Part shown: positions 1 through 7,855 of the stretch, in pieces | Numbering within the stretch: the stretch's first letter is position 1 | Layout of the letters: every line of letters begins with the position of its first letter | Source: a virus | Reading direction: 5' to 3' (one strand) | DNA: 64,000 nucleotides | IMG/VR virus record: IMGVR_UViG_3300025840_000013 | Made by a program: the position numbers and the translations under genes | The notes under the pieces: model-generated | Database searches by the model: none | Seen by the model: the letters and a program-made list of their open reading frames with translations, nothing else | Told to the model about the DNA's origin: nothing

Positions 1-66
1 TGCATGATATTTTACCTAAGTAGTATTAGGAACTGACTGAAATATCTCCTTAGATAATGGTAACTT

Positions 67-106
67 GCCCTTAGAGAGTCTGCAAGGATTCTCTAAGGGT
101 TTTTTT
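67..106 (+). terminator. Rho-independent terminator
   Basis: 14-bp stem GCCCTTAGAGAGTC/GATTCTCTAAGGGT, loop TGCAAG, followed by a T-run. Confidence 0.8.
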
Positions 107-274
107 ATTTGTCATCTTTCGAAAATACTTAGAGTGTAACTTTAAATTTATGGGACTCCTAGAAAATCTTGCGGGAATGATATAGTCACCCGACACGCCT
201 CTAAAAAGTCTGCAAGTTTTCTAAAAGGTGTTTTTCAAAAATTTTTTTTGAGGGCAAAATATCTAAATACCTTT

Positions 275-457
275 ATGGAGAAAAAAGAAGCATATCGCCT
301 GTTCTGGTTAGTCAAGGGGCATCTTAACGCCCCTCATAATACTATCATGGATTCTGCAGATGGATATTTTAAGAGAGTCTGGTATGATTATGCAGGAGAA
401 GACATGGAGATATGGTTAGAGGGATTTGAAGATGCTTGGAGAAAGGTACAAGATTAA
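275..457 (+). CDS. hypothetical protein
   Basis: ORF track 248..457; ATG at 275 is the more plausible start; its stop overlaps the next ATG. Confidence 0.55.
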   Translation: MEKKEAYRLFWLVKGHLNAPHNTIMDSADGYFKRVWYDYAGEDMEIWLEGFEDAWRKVQD

Positions 458-642
458 TGTGGACATTAGTGTTTATAATCTTAATGGAAAACGAAGTAGT
501 CGCAACAAACGTAGGGACATACAATACAATGTATGAATGTTTTGCAAACAGAGAACAACTCGCAATTACAGCTGGTGGAGAAAAAGGATACTATCCTTTA
601 GACATGCAGGGTATCTGTATTCAGAGAGAAGGAAAAGAATAA
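457..642 (+). CDS. small secreted/membrane hypothetical protein
   Basis: TAATG coupling with the upstream ORF; hydrophobic N-terminus MWTLVFIIL and two Cys. Confidence 0.6.
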   Translation: MWTLVFIILMENEVVATNVGTYNTMYECFANREQLAITAGGEKGYYPLDMQGICIQREGKE

Positions 643-646
643 TTCG

Positions 647-949
647 ATGTCTGAACTCACAGCGTTCCTAATACTTTTTGTTCCCATAGTTTGGTGGGTT
701 TGGTGGATGAATAAAGATAAACCTAAAGTTAAACTGGATTTTGGCCCAGAAAAACCTGATAAAATGATTAGTTGGGATGGAGCCTTTTACATACTCTGGA
801 ATTGGAAAAGTTATCTTGCAAAAACTGTATGGTTAGGCGCAATTCCATTTCTTTGGTATTCGGAGGGTTTTGGTTCAGCATTTGTATGGTCATTCTTTGG
901 AGGTCTTTTAATAGTTCTTGGAAAATTTTGGGAGTTGTTTGAGAGATGA
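647..949 (+). CDS. membrane protein, hypothetical
   Basis: Trp-rich with three hydrophobic segments. Confidence 0.6.
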   Translation: MSELTAFLILFVPIVWWVWWMNKDKPKVKLDFGPEKPDKMISWDGAFYILWNWKSYLAKTVWLGAIPFLWYSEGFGSAFVWSFFGGLLIVLGKFWELFER

Positions 950-1542
950 GAATTGTTTACATTCACGGTGCAACTGCAACTGAAAGAACCTTTGCGTTTA
1001 TTCAAAAGAACATTAATGCAAAGAATCCAATATACCTTAACTACAATTCCAAGGATGCAACTGCAAAAGAGAACCTAGACTTTCTAAAGGAAACGTTGAG
1101 AGAACAAATGCGTCCTAATGACAAGTTATTTTATATTATGCATTCTCTAGGAGGCATCTACGGAATTTATTTACAGGAAGAATTTGCATACAACTCTTCG
1201 TTTGCGGTTTCGCTTGCAACTCCTTTCAATGGTTCAGAAGTTGCAAACTGGGGAAGATGGATCGCACCACAATATCAATTGTTTGCAGATATCGTTCCTA
1301 ACAGTCGATTTATCACAGAGTCACGAAAGATTAAGATTGTAATTCCATGGAAACAGGTGATTACAACAACTGGAGATGTTCCTTTAATAGCAGGAAAGAA
1401 TGATGGCGTAGTCACAATGGAATCAATGATGAGTCGAGATGATGTTGACTATTATGCAATTGACCGTAATCACTATGAGATTGTTCAGTCTAAAAGAACT
1501 GTCAGTTTGATTTCGGATTGTTTAAAGGGAATTCGAAAGTGA
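946..1542 (+). CDS. alpha/beta hydrolase (lipase/esterase-like)
   Basis: IHG oxyanion motif, HSLGG nucleophile elbow, TPFNGS, NDGVV Asp, C-terminal His (RNH). Confidence 0.85.
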   Translation: MRIVYIHGATATERTFAFIQKNINAKNPIYLNYNSKDATAKENLDFLKETLREQMRPNDKLFYIMHSLGGIYGIYLQEEFAYNSSFAVSLATPFNGSEVANWGRWIAPQYQLFADIVPNSRFITESRKIKIVIPWKQVITTTGDVPLIAGKNDGVVTMESMMSRDDVDYYAIDRNHYEIVQSKRTVSLISDCLKGIRK

Positions 1543-1713
1543 TGGTGGAAGTTTCATCTCAAATTTCTCAATTTTTTCTTTGAGTTCTTTCTCTTGTTTC
1601 TTTGCGAGATAGAGTGCCATTTCTAGTGAATTGATTTTATCATGAGCACTATTCAAAGATTCTTCTAAGACTCGCATTCTTTCCAGTGTTCTATTTGGGG
1701 TTCCTTCAGACAT
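1522..1713 (-). CDS. small coiled-coil hypothetical protein
   Basis: Heptad-like sequence; AGGAG SD on the minus strand upstream of the ATG. Confidence 0.5.
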   Translation of the reverse strand: MSEGTPNRTLERMRVLEESLNSAHDKINSLEMALYLAKKQEKELKEKIEKFEMKLPPSLSNSL

Positions 1714-1719
1714 TTTCTA

Positions 1720-1757
1720 TTGACTCCTGAGTTATTCTATAGTAATATGTATAAATA
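1720..1757 (+). promoter_or_regulatory. sigma70-like promoter with adjacent T4 late motif
   Basis: TTGACT-17-TAATAT, then TATAAATA at 1750-1757. Confidence 0.55.
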
Positions 1758-1810
1758 GAAACGAGTCAAAAAATTGGTCAAATCGGTCTGGTCAAAGTCT
1801 TTAATATAAT

Positions 1811-2080
1811 ATGAAAGGAAATGTGAAAATGGGATGGTGGAATAAACTAGCTCAAGAACAACAGAGTGAATGTAAGTATGATGAACGTCATGGAGGCCCT
1901 TACGATAGAGGAAGTGCGGATAGTTATTATCGAAGAGGGTTTCAGCCTCATTACTTTGTAGGAGCTACTTATCAATCGAATGCTGTAACGATTGAGAATA
2001 TGACGCCCGAAGAAATCATGGCCTACAAAGCAGGATATGACGATAACGAAGAAGACGGAAACTTCAAAGATTGGGGTTAA
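1811..2080 (+). CDS. phage hypothetical protein
   Basis: ORF with RHGGPYDRGSADSYY...AYKAGY motif; probable start at the internal ATG after AAAGGA. Confidence 0.7.
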   Translation: MKGNVKMGWWNKLAQEQQSECKYDERHGGPYDRGSADSYYRRGFQPHYFVGATYQSNAVTIENMTPEEIMAYKAGYDDNEEDGNFKDWG

Positions 2081-2085
2081 AGTGC

Positions 2086-2114
2086 TTGACAAACTTCTAA
2101 TTAGATCGTATAAT
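2086..2114 (+). promoter_or_regulatory. early sigma70 promoter (perfect consensus)
   Basis: TTGACA-17 nt-TATAAT. Confidence 0.9.
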
Positions 2115-2146
2115 GTATGTAACAGTTAGGCAAAAGGACACAGTAC

Positions 2147-2425
2147 ATGGCATATTACACCTACACCAAAGATCCAATAGGTTGCTTCGTAGAGAAGGAA
2201 GTGGGTAATTACTTTGAATATTCACTCAACGATGATCCGTTCAACTTCTGCGAAGACTTTCCGCACAAGGTTTGGGTAGGTGGCAAAGACGTATGCGGTA
2301 TGACTGGTTATCGTTATGCAATAGTCAAGAAGACTGTAGCCTACATCTGCGTAGACGAAGATGAATACGGACTGCCTGTGCTGGAAAAATGGCAACTCAA
2401 AAAGAATACAGAGTATGCAATATAG
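2147..2425 (+). CDS. hypothetical protein
   Basis: ORF with AAGGA SD directly behind a promoter. Confidence 0.75.
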   Translation: MAYYTYTKDPIGCFVEKEVGNYFEYSLNDDPFNFCEDFPHKVWVGGKDVCGMTGYRYAIVKKTVAYICVDEDEYGLPVLEKWQLKKNTEYAI

Positions 2426-2448
2426 TGAAATAACGAAAGGATTAAATT

Positions 2449-2613
2449 ATGATTCGCTTTATGATTGGAATGTTGTTAGTTTTTGGTTCTGTTGGTGGAC
2501 TTGAACAGGATACTGCGACCTTTACGGAAGCAATTCTCGGTTCACTTCTTGGATTGACTCTAATGTTTTGGGCACTTCCCAAACTTAATGCTCTTGCGGA
2601 TGAAGAATACTAG
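2449..2613 (+). CDS. small two-TM membrane protein (54 aa, not in ORF track)
   Basis: AAAGGA SD; MIRFMIGMLLVFGSVGGLEQDTATFTEAILGSLLGLTLMFWALPKLNALADEEY. Confidence 0.7.
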   Translation: MIRFMIGMLLVFGSVGGLEQDTATFTEAILGSLLGLTLMFWALPKLNALADEEY

Positions 2614-2643
2614 ATTATATCGAAATCTTAAAGGAGACAAAAA

Positions 2644-2847
2644 ATGTCAATAGAAGCTTGGTTGTTAATCACTGCATTCATTTTTACTGTGTTTGGTTTC
2701 ATTTGGGGCCGTGGAAACAAAGAAGAAAGTGATGTTGCAGCAATCGAAAACACTTTAGATCAACTCATCGACAAAGGATACTTGCGTTTTCGTAAAGACG
2801 ATGAGGACAATATAGAACTCTTGAAATGGAATCATTTTGGAGATTAG
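2644..2847 (+). CDS. membrane-anchored hypothetical protein
   Basis: AAGGAG SD; N-terminal TM helix. Confidence 0.7.
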   Translation: MSIEAWLLITAFIFTVFGFIWGRGNKEESDVAAIENTLDQLIDKGYLRFRKDDEDNIELLKWNHFGD

Positions 2848-2868
2848 TGTTTAGGAAAGGAACTAAAT

Positions 2869-3060
2869 ATGGATATAGTATATGGAGTCCAAATCGAAAT
2901 CGATGAGGGCGAATATGAATATGTTAGAGAAGGGAATGGTTGGAAGTCAGACTCTCCCTTTCTAACATTTAACACTAAAGAAGATGCTCTTATTGAAGCT
3001 AAAAAGTGGAATACTGGAGTCGTTGTAAATTTATCGAAACTTTCATCATGGAAAAGTTAG
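2869..3060 (+). CDS. hypothetical protein
   Basis: AAGGA SD; tightly packed ORF. Confidence 0.65.
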   Translation: MDIVYGVQIEIDEGEYEYVREGNGWKSDSPFLTFNTKEDALIEAKKWNTGVVVNLSKLSSWKS

Positions 3061-3251
3061 AAAAAAGTTTATTTCATAATAAAAGAACTATTGTGAAATA
3101 TAGAGAAGCATTTCAACAAGGCGCACTAGCATGCCGTGAAGGCCTTGGATTTGAAAATTGCCCTTGGGTGGATGATGATTTTCGAAAACAGGCATGGAGA
3201 GATGGTTGGGAATCTGCAATGACTTGGGTTCTGGAGAAGGCATATTCTTAA
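3048..3251 (+). CDS. ribosome modulation factor (Rmf/CrpP-fold)-like protein
   Basis: EAFQQGALACREGLGFENCPW...RKQAWRDGWESA matches the RMF pattern A-x3-G-x2-A-x3-G-x5-CP[YW]...W-x2-GW-x2-A; start uncertain (track gives 3006). Confidence 0.65.
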   Translation: MEKLEKSLFHNKRTIVKYREAFQQGALACREGLGFENCPWVDDDFRKQAWRDGWESAMTWVLEKAYS

Positions 3252-3266
3252 AAAATAATAAATAAA

Positions 3267-3479
3267 ATGGAGAATATTATGCATGAAGTACAACTAGATT
3301 TGTTTAGTGACCCACCTCTACCTTATAGACGGAATGAAAATAAAGAACGTGTAGAACATCTTGAATGGATACTGACACAGATTGGTTTAAAGGTAAAGGC
3401 ATATCAAGAAACTAAAGAAGATTTTGTTTTAGAAGGAATTCCTTCCTTCATAAATGATTACTTTAGTAAATATAATTAA
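3267..3479 (+). CDS. hypothetical protein
   Basis: ORF; contains QLDLF, a beta-clamp-binding-like pentapeptide. Confidence 0.6.
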   Translation: MENIMHEVQLDLFSDPPLPYRRNENKERVEHLEWILTQIGLKVKAYQETKEDFVLEGIPSFINDYFSKYN

Positions 3480-3491
3480 AAAGGATAATAT

Positions 3492-3707
3492 ATGTACCTA
3501 GAATGGTGGATGATAATCACCATCGGGTTATTCTTTGTAATTGCAATCAGCAGAACTTGGAAAAAGGCACACTATGAAGGTTTCTGTATGGGCGCAACTG
3601 TCTTATTAAACACAGTGGAAAAAGTAATTCCAGAAGATTCAGTCGAGTTTCATAAAATAGTTAAAGAATTGACAAAAAAACCTGATAAAAAAATAAAAAA
3701 TATTTAA
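3492..3707 (+). CDS. membrane-anchored hypothetical protein
   Basis: AAGGA SD; N-terminal TM helix. Confidence 0.65.
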   Translation: MYLEWWMIITIGLFFVIAISRTWKKAHYEGFCMGATVLLNTVEKVIPEDSVEFHKIVKELTKKPDKKIKNI

Positions 3708-3715
3708 ATTAGAGC

Positions 3716-3744
3716 TTGACATTTGTATGTAGAGTACTTATATT
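3716..3744 (+). promoter_or_regulatory. early sigma70 promoter
   Basis: cTTGACA-17-TATATT. Confidence 0.8.
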
Positions 3745-3773
3745 AATAGTATAGGGAACAGTTAGAGGTTGTT

Positions 3774-4226
3774 ATGGTAGATTTTGAAGAACTCTATGTC
3801 AAAGGTTCCACTAAAAATAAAAGAAAACTGGCAGAGTTAGCGGTAACTTTTGCTAAAAGTATTTTATTTCCTCGCCACAGAAACGTTGTTGTCGAAGTTG
3901 AACTCATTCCAGACTTAAATGGTAAAGAAGGTATCTGGGGCGATTGTATTGACGATGAGGATCGTTGGTATATTGTCCGTGTTGATTCCAAATTATCTGC
4001 AAAAGACTTTGTTGAAACAATTTTACATGAGATGGTTCATGTAAAACAGTATGTTCGTAAAGAATTAGTACAACATTCAGTCAAGCATCAGTTGTGGAAG
4101 GGTGGCCAAATCCCCTCAGAAACTAAATATGAAGAACGTCCATGGGAAATTGAAGCGTTTTCATTAGAAAAAGACTTATCTGAATCATTTATCACTACTC
4201 ACGGATGGAAATTCTTAGGAGTTTAA
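3774..4226 (+). CDS. zincin-type metallopeptidase (HEXXH)
   Basis: TILHEMVHVKQY plus downstream PWEIEA third-ligand motif. Confidence 0.8.
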   Translation: MVDFEELYVKGSTKNKRKLAELAVTFAKSILFPRHRNVVVEVELIPDLNGKEGIWGDCIDDEDRWYIVRVDSKLSAKDFVETILHEMVHVKQYVRKELVQHSVKHQLWKGGQIPSETKYEERPWEIEAFSLEKDLSESFITTHGWKFLGV

Positions 4227-4230
4227 CCGA

Positions 4231-4440
4231 ATGCATTTGGCTGAACAACAATGCCAGCAGGAAGAAGTGTTTGAAGAGATTGTAATTCAGGCCGTACAGG
4301 AGTCTGAAAGTTTGGAACAGGTAAAAAATGAGTGTTTGAAATCAAAAAAACTCGTTGAGCACTGGAGTCAAGAAGAAATTGATGAATTTATCGCAGACCT
4401 TTGGAGTGAATACTGGACAAAATACCTAACAGACTACTAA
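4231..4440 (+). CDS. hypothetical protein
   Basis: Acidic small ORF, tightly packed. Confidence 0.6.
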   Translation: MHLAEQQCQQEEVFEEIVIQAVQESESLEQVKNECLKSKKLVEHWSQEEIDEFIADLWSEYWTKYLTDY

Positions 4441-4456
4441 AAAATGTAAAATATTC

Positions 4457-4485
4457 TTGACTTTATCATAATATTACTGTATTAT
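4457..4485 (+). promoter_or_regulatory. early sigma70 promoter
   Basis: cTTGACT-17-TATTAT. Confidence 0.75.
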
Positions 4486-4508
4486 GTAAAGTATAGTGAA
4501 CAAAAGAG

Positions 4509-4856
4509 GTGAAAGACATGTCGAAGATGGGTAATTATGTTGTTGGTTTGATGGAAGATGGACTTTGGGAAGAGCCAGATTATCCAGAACCCGACATCGA
4601 AGCGTATTATGAAGAATATTATACAGAAAAACTTAGTGCCTTCAAATCTGCACTAAAACAGGCTATGATGATTTACGATTGTAGCTGGATTCCCGCCCTC
4701 AGAACCATGTACCAAGTCGAAAAAAAGGATGTAGAACCGTTTGATATTCAATCGGATGCATATTGTTATAGAAAATTAGAGAGTTATCTCTACGAATGGG
4801 AATTGGGCAAGGAAAAAATTGACGAAATATGTAAAAAATTCTTCTTTAGGGCTTGA
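4509..4856 (+). CDS. hypothetical protein
   Basis: ORF behind a promoter; GAGGT SD favours the ATG at 4518. Confidence 0.7.
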   Translation: MKDMSKMGNYVVGLMEDGLWEEPDYPEPDIEAYYEEYYTEKLSAFKSALKQAMMIYDCSWIPALRTMYQVEKKDVEPFDIQSDAYCYRKLESYLYEWELGKEKIDEICKKFFFRA

Positions 4857-4881
4857 CATTCGCCCTAAAAAGTATTATATT
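4853..4881 (+). promoter_or_regulatory. early sigma70 promoter
   Basis: cTTGACA-17-TATATT. Confidence 0.8.
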
Positions 4882-4922
4882 ATATATGTAAGATGATGAA
4901 ATAACTGATGAGGTTCTAAATT

Positions 4923-5351
4923 ATGGCATATGTTTCCCAAGAAATGAAAAAATCACTCGCTCCTGCGATCAAATCTGTACTTAAGAAGTACGGATTCAAG
5001 GGAACGATTGGTGTTCACAATCATTCTTCTTTGGTAGTAAACATTAAGAGTGGTGTTCTTGATCTAATTGGTATCGCCAATGCAAAAAACAAAGAGATAT
5101 CAGAACGCAGGAACATGCCCTACTACGCCAACGAAGGTTACTTCCAAGCAAATCCCTACCACCCAGATCAGTACGGCGAAGCTTCTCAATTCTTTGAGGA
5201 GTTGGTTGCCGCTATGAAAGGTGCTTTCTCTAAAGATGGCCCTAAGTGGTATGACAATAGTGATGCGATGATTGATTATTTCGATACTGCGTATTACTTG
5301 GACATCAATGTAGGTAAGTGGGACAAACCTTACGAATTCACAGGAGTGTAA
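4923..5351 (+). CDS. phage hypothetical protein
   Basis: GAGG SD; ends in DNSDAMIDYFDTAYYLDINVGKWDKPY. Confidence 0.8.
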   Translation: MAYVSQEMKKSLAPAIKSVLKKYGFKGTIGVHNHSSLVVNIKSGVLDLIGIANAKNKEISERRNMPYYANEGYFQANPYHPDQYGEASQFFEELVAAMKGAFSKDGPKWYDNSDAMIDYFDTAYYLDINVGKWDKPYEFTGV

Positions 5352-5354
5352 TTC

Positions 5355-5603
5355 ATGGCTGTTCGTTCAAAAAAATACAATGAAAAAATTCATATCGATT
5401 TGGACGGGCCCCAAGGGAACGCATTTGTTCTTTTTGGAATCGCTGAAAAACTTGCCTCTATATGTGGTGTAGATTCGGAGTCCATCATACAAGATATGAA
5501 ATCTGGAGATTATCTCAATCTCCTTAAAGTGTTTGAAGAGAATTTTGGACACATCGTAGTTTTGGAAACTAGTAATCAGGAGTACTTAGATGTTTTTTGT
5601 TGA
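5355..5603 (+). CDS. phage hypothetical protein
   Basis: AGGAG SD; IDLDGPQGNAF...SGDY motif. Confidence 0.75.
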   Translation: MAVRSKKYNEKIHIDLDGPQGNAFVLFGIAEKLASICGVDSESIIQDMKSGDYLNLLKVFEENFGHIVVLETSNQEYLDVFC

Positions 5604-5730
5604 AGTGAAAGAAAGATTCAGTGAAGAAAAATTCCGTTGGGAAGCTCTAACGGAAGAACAGGCATTAGATGTTGTTGCAAAACTTAAGTCTGATGGTAAA
5701 TATTGGTCACTTGAAATTGGAGAAATGTAG
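5590..5730 (+). CDS. small hypothetical protein (46 aa, not in ORF track)
   Basis: AGGAG SD; MFFVEVKERFSEEKFRWEALTEEQALDVVAKLKSDGKYWSLEIGEM. Confidence 0.55.
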   Translation: MFFVEVKERFSEEKFRWEALTEEQALDVVAKLKSDGKYWSLEIGEM

Positions 5731-5787
5731 AATGTTACTTTACATTTTTGGTTTTTTCGACTAAGTATTATAGTTAAGGAGTTCTAA

Positions 5788-5994
5788 ATGTCGAAAATAC
5801 AAGAAAAAATAAAAACTCTTATGGATACTGTACAAGAGAGTTTAGAAAGTCAGCGACATATTGAGTCGCCAGAAGAGTTTATGATTGAACTGGATAAAGT
5901 TGGACTTTACTTCAGTCACATGAATGATGAAGATCGTGATTACTATCAAGCGGCACAAATCGCTTTTGAAGAACAAAGGAAGTGGACTATTTAA
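5788..5994 (+). CDS. hypothetical protein
   Basis: AAGGAG SD. Confidence 0.7.
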   Translation: MSKIQEKIKTLMDTVQESLESQRHIESPEEFMIELDKVGLYFSHMNDEDRDYYQAAQIAFEEQRKWTI

Positions 5995-5995
5995 A

Positions 5996-6313
5996 ATGAA
6001 ACTTGCAAATTTTGAAATGATTGAAAAGGATTACATGCCTGGCGGTTTTCAGTCATTATTATCCTTTGGTGAGCATCATCAATTGAGTGTTATTAGTGGT
6101 GAAGGTGCATATGGTTCGAAAAATGCTCCCTATGAGATCGCCGTATTCATCAATGGAGAATTTGCAAATTTGCCTGGCATTATTGAAGATGATATTAAGG
6201 GATACTTGACAGAAGATGAAGTTGATACGATCATAAAAAAACTTCATACTATTACAAAAGAAATCCCTGTTCAAGCCAATTTGATGGAGAGTTACAATGT
6301 CACAAATATCTGA
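5996..6313 (+). CDS. hypothetical protein
   Basis: Track 5924..6313; ATG at 5996 follows the previous stop. Confidence 0.65.
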   Translation: MKLANFEMIEKDYMPGGFQSLLSFGEHHQLSVISGEGAYGSKNAPYEIAVFINGEFANLPGIIEDDIKGYLTEDEVDTIIKKLHTITKEIPVQANLMESYNVTNI

Positions 6314-6500
6314 AGTAAAAAATAATATAGGTAAACTTTATTCTGTTGGGTTAGATTATGATTCTGCCAAGAAACAGTTTTTTGAGTCTGCGTATGAAAA
6401 GTTTTCTAAAGAAAAGTTGGAAACAATTTTTGATGAAGAGTGGAATAGATACGAACACATGTATTTTGCCAATTTAAATTTCTTCAAGAAAGGAATTTAG
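6297..6500 (+). CDS. hypothetical protein
   Basis: GGAG SD. Confidence 0.6.
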   Translation: MSQISEVKNNIGKLYSVGLDYDSAKKQFFESAYEKFSKEKLETIFDEEWNRYEHMYFANLNFFKKGI

Positions 6501-6764
6501 ATGGACTTGGATGAGTATGAGGAAGATATTAGATTAAATGCAGTAAGTTATAGTATTATAGCATTTAAACCTCAAACCTCAACAAAACAAGTCGGGGAAA
6601 CAAAAACTTTTGAAGATGCCATAAAAATGGCATATGAAATTCATAAAGAAAATAGTTTCCGCAGTGTATTGATTTATGCAGTTAATGAGACTGGACGATT
6701 TGTTTTAAATGCCTTCGTTAGAAGTGATGATATGAAACTCAAAATAATTGGGAGTAGAAAATGA
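6501..6764 (+). CDS. hypothetical protein
   Basis: AAGGA SD; abuts the previous stop. Confidence 0.65.
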   Translation: MDLDEYEEDIRLNAVSYSIIAFKPQTSTKQVGETKTFEDAIKMAYEIHKENSFRSVLIYAVNETGRFVLNAFVRSDDMKLKIIGSRK

Positions 6765-6985
6765 GTAATCAGCGAAGAGGAAACTGGAAACCAGCTGCAA
6801 TGAATGATAGTAGTAGAATAGATGCAATGTCTTTGACTACTTTCTGTAAACATGCAAAAGTTATTTTAGAGGAACGTGGAGAAGAAGATGCTGCATTCTA
6901 CTTTGGACAAGTAGAAGATTGGTTGCGTGATGGGGGAAGAATTCAAACTGGACACAATGATGTTGCCAGAATTCTTGGTGTGTAA
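6761..6985 (+). CDS. hypothetical protein
   Basis: ATGA overlap, GGGAG SD. Confidence 0.65.
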   Translation: MSNQRRGNWKPAAMNDSSRIDAMSLTTFCKHAKVILEERGEEDAAFYFGQVEDWLRDGGRIQTGHNDVARILGV

Positions 6986-7176
6986 TGAAATATTTTCCAA
7001 CTGATGTTTCGGATGTTCGTATTGACGATGATGAGGCAAAAATGTTCGGCATCTCTGATAGAGAACTTATTAAACATCTTTTTAAAAAGGTTGTTCTATT
7101 AGAAGAAACAGTTTATGAACTTGAGCATCAACTTAGAATTCATGAAGAATGGATAAAGTTAAGGGAAAAAAATTAA
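6985..7176 (+). CDS. hypothetical protein
   Basis: TAATG coupling. Confidence 0.6.
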   Translation: MKYFPTDVSDVRIDDDEAKMFGISDRELIKHLFKKVVLLEETVYELEHQLRIHEEWIKLREKN

Positions 7177-7182
7177 AATATA

Positions 7183-7211
7183 TTGACAATATGTTTCATA
7201 TATGGTACATT
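7183..7211 (+). promoter_or_regulatory. sigma70 promoter for the tRNA cluster
   Basis: TTGACA-17-TACATT just upstream of tRNA-Arg. Confidence 0.7.
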
Positions 7212-7246
7212 AATACTTGTATGACTATTTTATGAAACATAGAAAT

Positions 7247-7323
7247 CTGCCCTTAGCTCAGCTGGATAGAGCAACAGCCTTCTAAGCTGTGGGTCGTAGG
7301 TTCGAATCCTACAGGGCAGGCCA
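7247..7323 (+). tRNA. tRNA-Arg(TCT)
   Basis: Acceptor CTGCCCT/AGGGCAG, anticodon arm ACAGC-CTTCTAA-GCTGT, TTCGAAT loop, encoded CCA. Confidence 0.97.
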
Positions 7324-7330
7324 ATTAATA

Positions 7331-7445
7331 TCGGGCGAGTCGGACGCTCGATTTTGTCGAGTGAGTAAAAACACGGTTAAGCCTGAAAACGACACTAAAT
7401 AGAAGACTCAGGTGGGAAGTTGGAAATCCCTCACAAGAAACCAAC
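7331..7445 (+). ncRNA. candidate structured RNA with pseudoknots, downstream of tRNA-Arg
   Basis: Stems TCGGGCG/CGCTCGA, TGTCG/CGACA crossing CCTGA/TCAGG, and H-type GGGA/TCCC + GTTGG/CCAAC. Confidence 0.5.
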
Positions 7446-7461
7446 ATGATTAAACAGGGGC

Positions 7462-7548
7462 GGACAGTAGGAAGAGGCGACTAATGTATAAGAAAATAAA
7501 GCGGCCTGCAACCCCTCAAACTGCTAAGGTTACGAACACCTACTGTCC
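7462..7548 (+). ncRNA. candidate structured RNA closed by a 10-bp stem
   Basis: GGACAGTAGG/CCTACTGTCC enclosing 67 nt, followed by a T-run. Confidence 0.45.
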
Positions 7549-7569
7549 TTTTTATTCGGAGTTACTATA

Positions 7570-7773
7570 ATGCAAGTATCACCAGTATCGCCAGTAAGAA
7601 TTGTGAGTGAGTATGTTAGACAACTGAATGTCGGTGATAAAATTCATAACATTGTAGTAACACATAAAGATTTTGGAGGCTCTGTTAGAGTTGAAGAAGT
7701 TTATAGAACATACGATAAAACTGGAAAGATAAGAACAGTCGAACCAGTTAGTAAAGTTGATGTTGAAGTTTAG
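7570..7773 (+). CDS. hypothetical protein within the tRNA cluster
   Basis: GGAG SD; TAG stop abuts the 5' end of tRNA-Gly. Confidence 0.65.
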   Translation: MQVSPVSPVRIVSEYVRQLNVGDKIHNIVVTHKDFGGSVRVEEVYRTYDKTGKIRTVEPVSKVDVEV

Positions 7774-7847
7774 GCGGATGTCGTATAATGGTATTACCTT
7801 AGCCTTCCAAGCTAATGACAGGGGTTCGATTCCCCTCATCCGCTCCA
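7774..7847 (+). tRNA. tRNA-Gly(TCC)
   Basis: GCGGATG/CATCCGC acceptor, TTAGC-CTTCCAA-GCTAA, CCA. Confidence 0.97.
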
Positions 7848-7855
7848 AAAATAAA

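Noticed and set aside
1765-1796. Three GTCAAA direct repeats as an operator
   Set aside because: Irregular spacing; more simply -35-like TTGAC elements on the minus strand, or chance.
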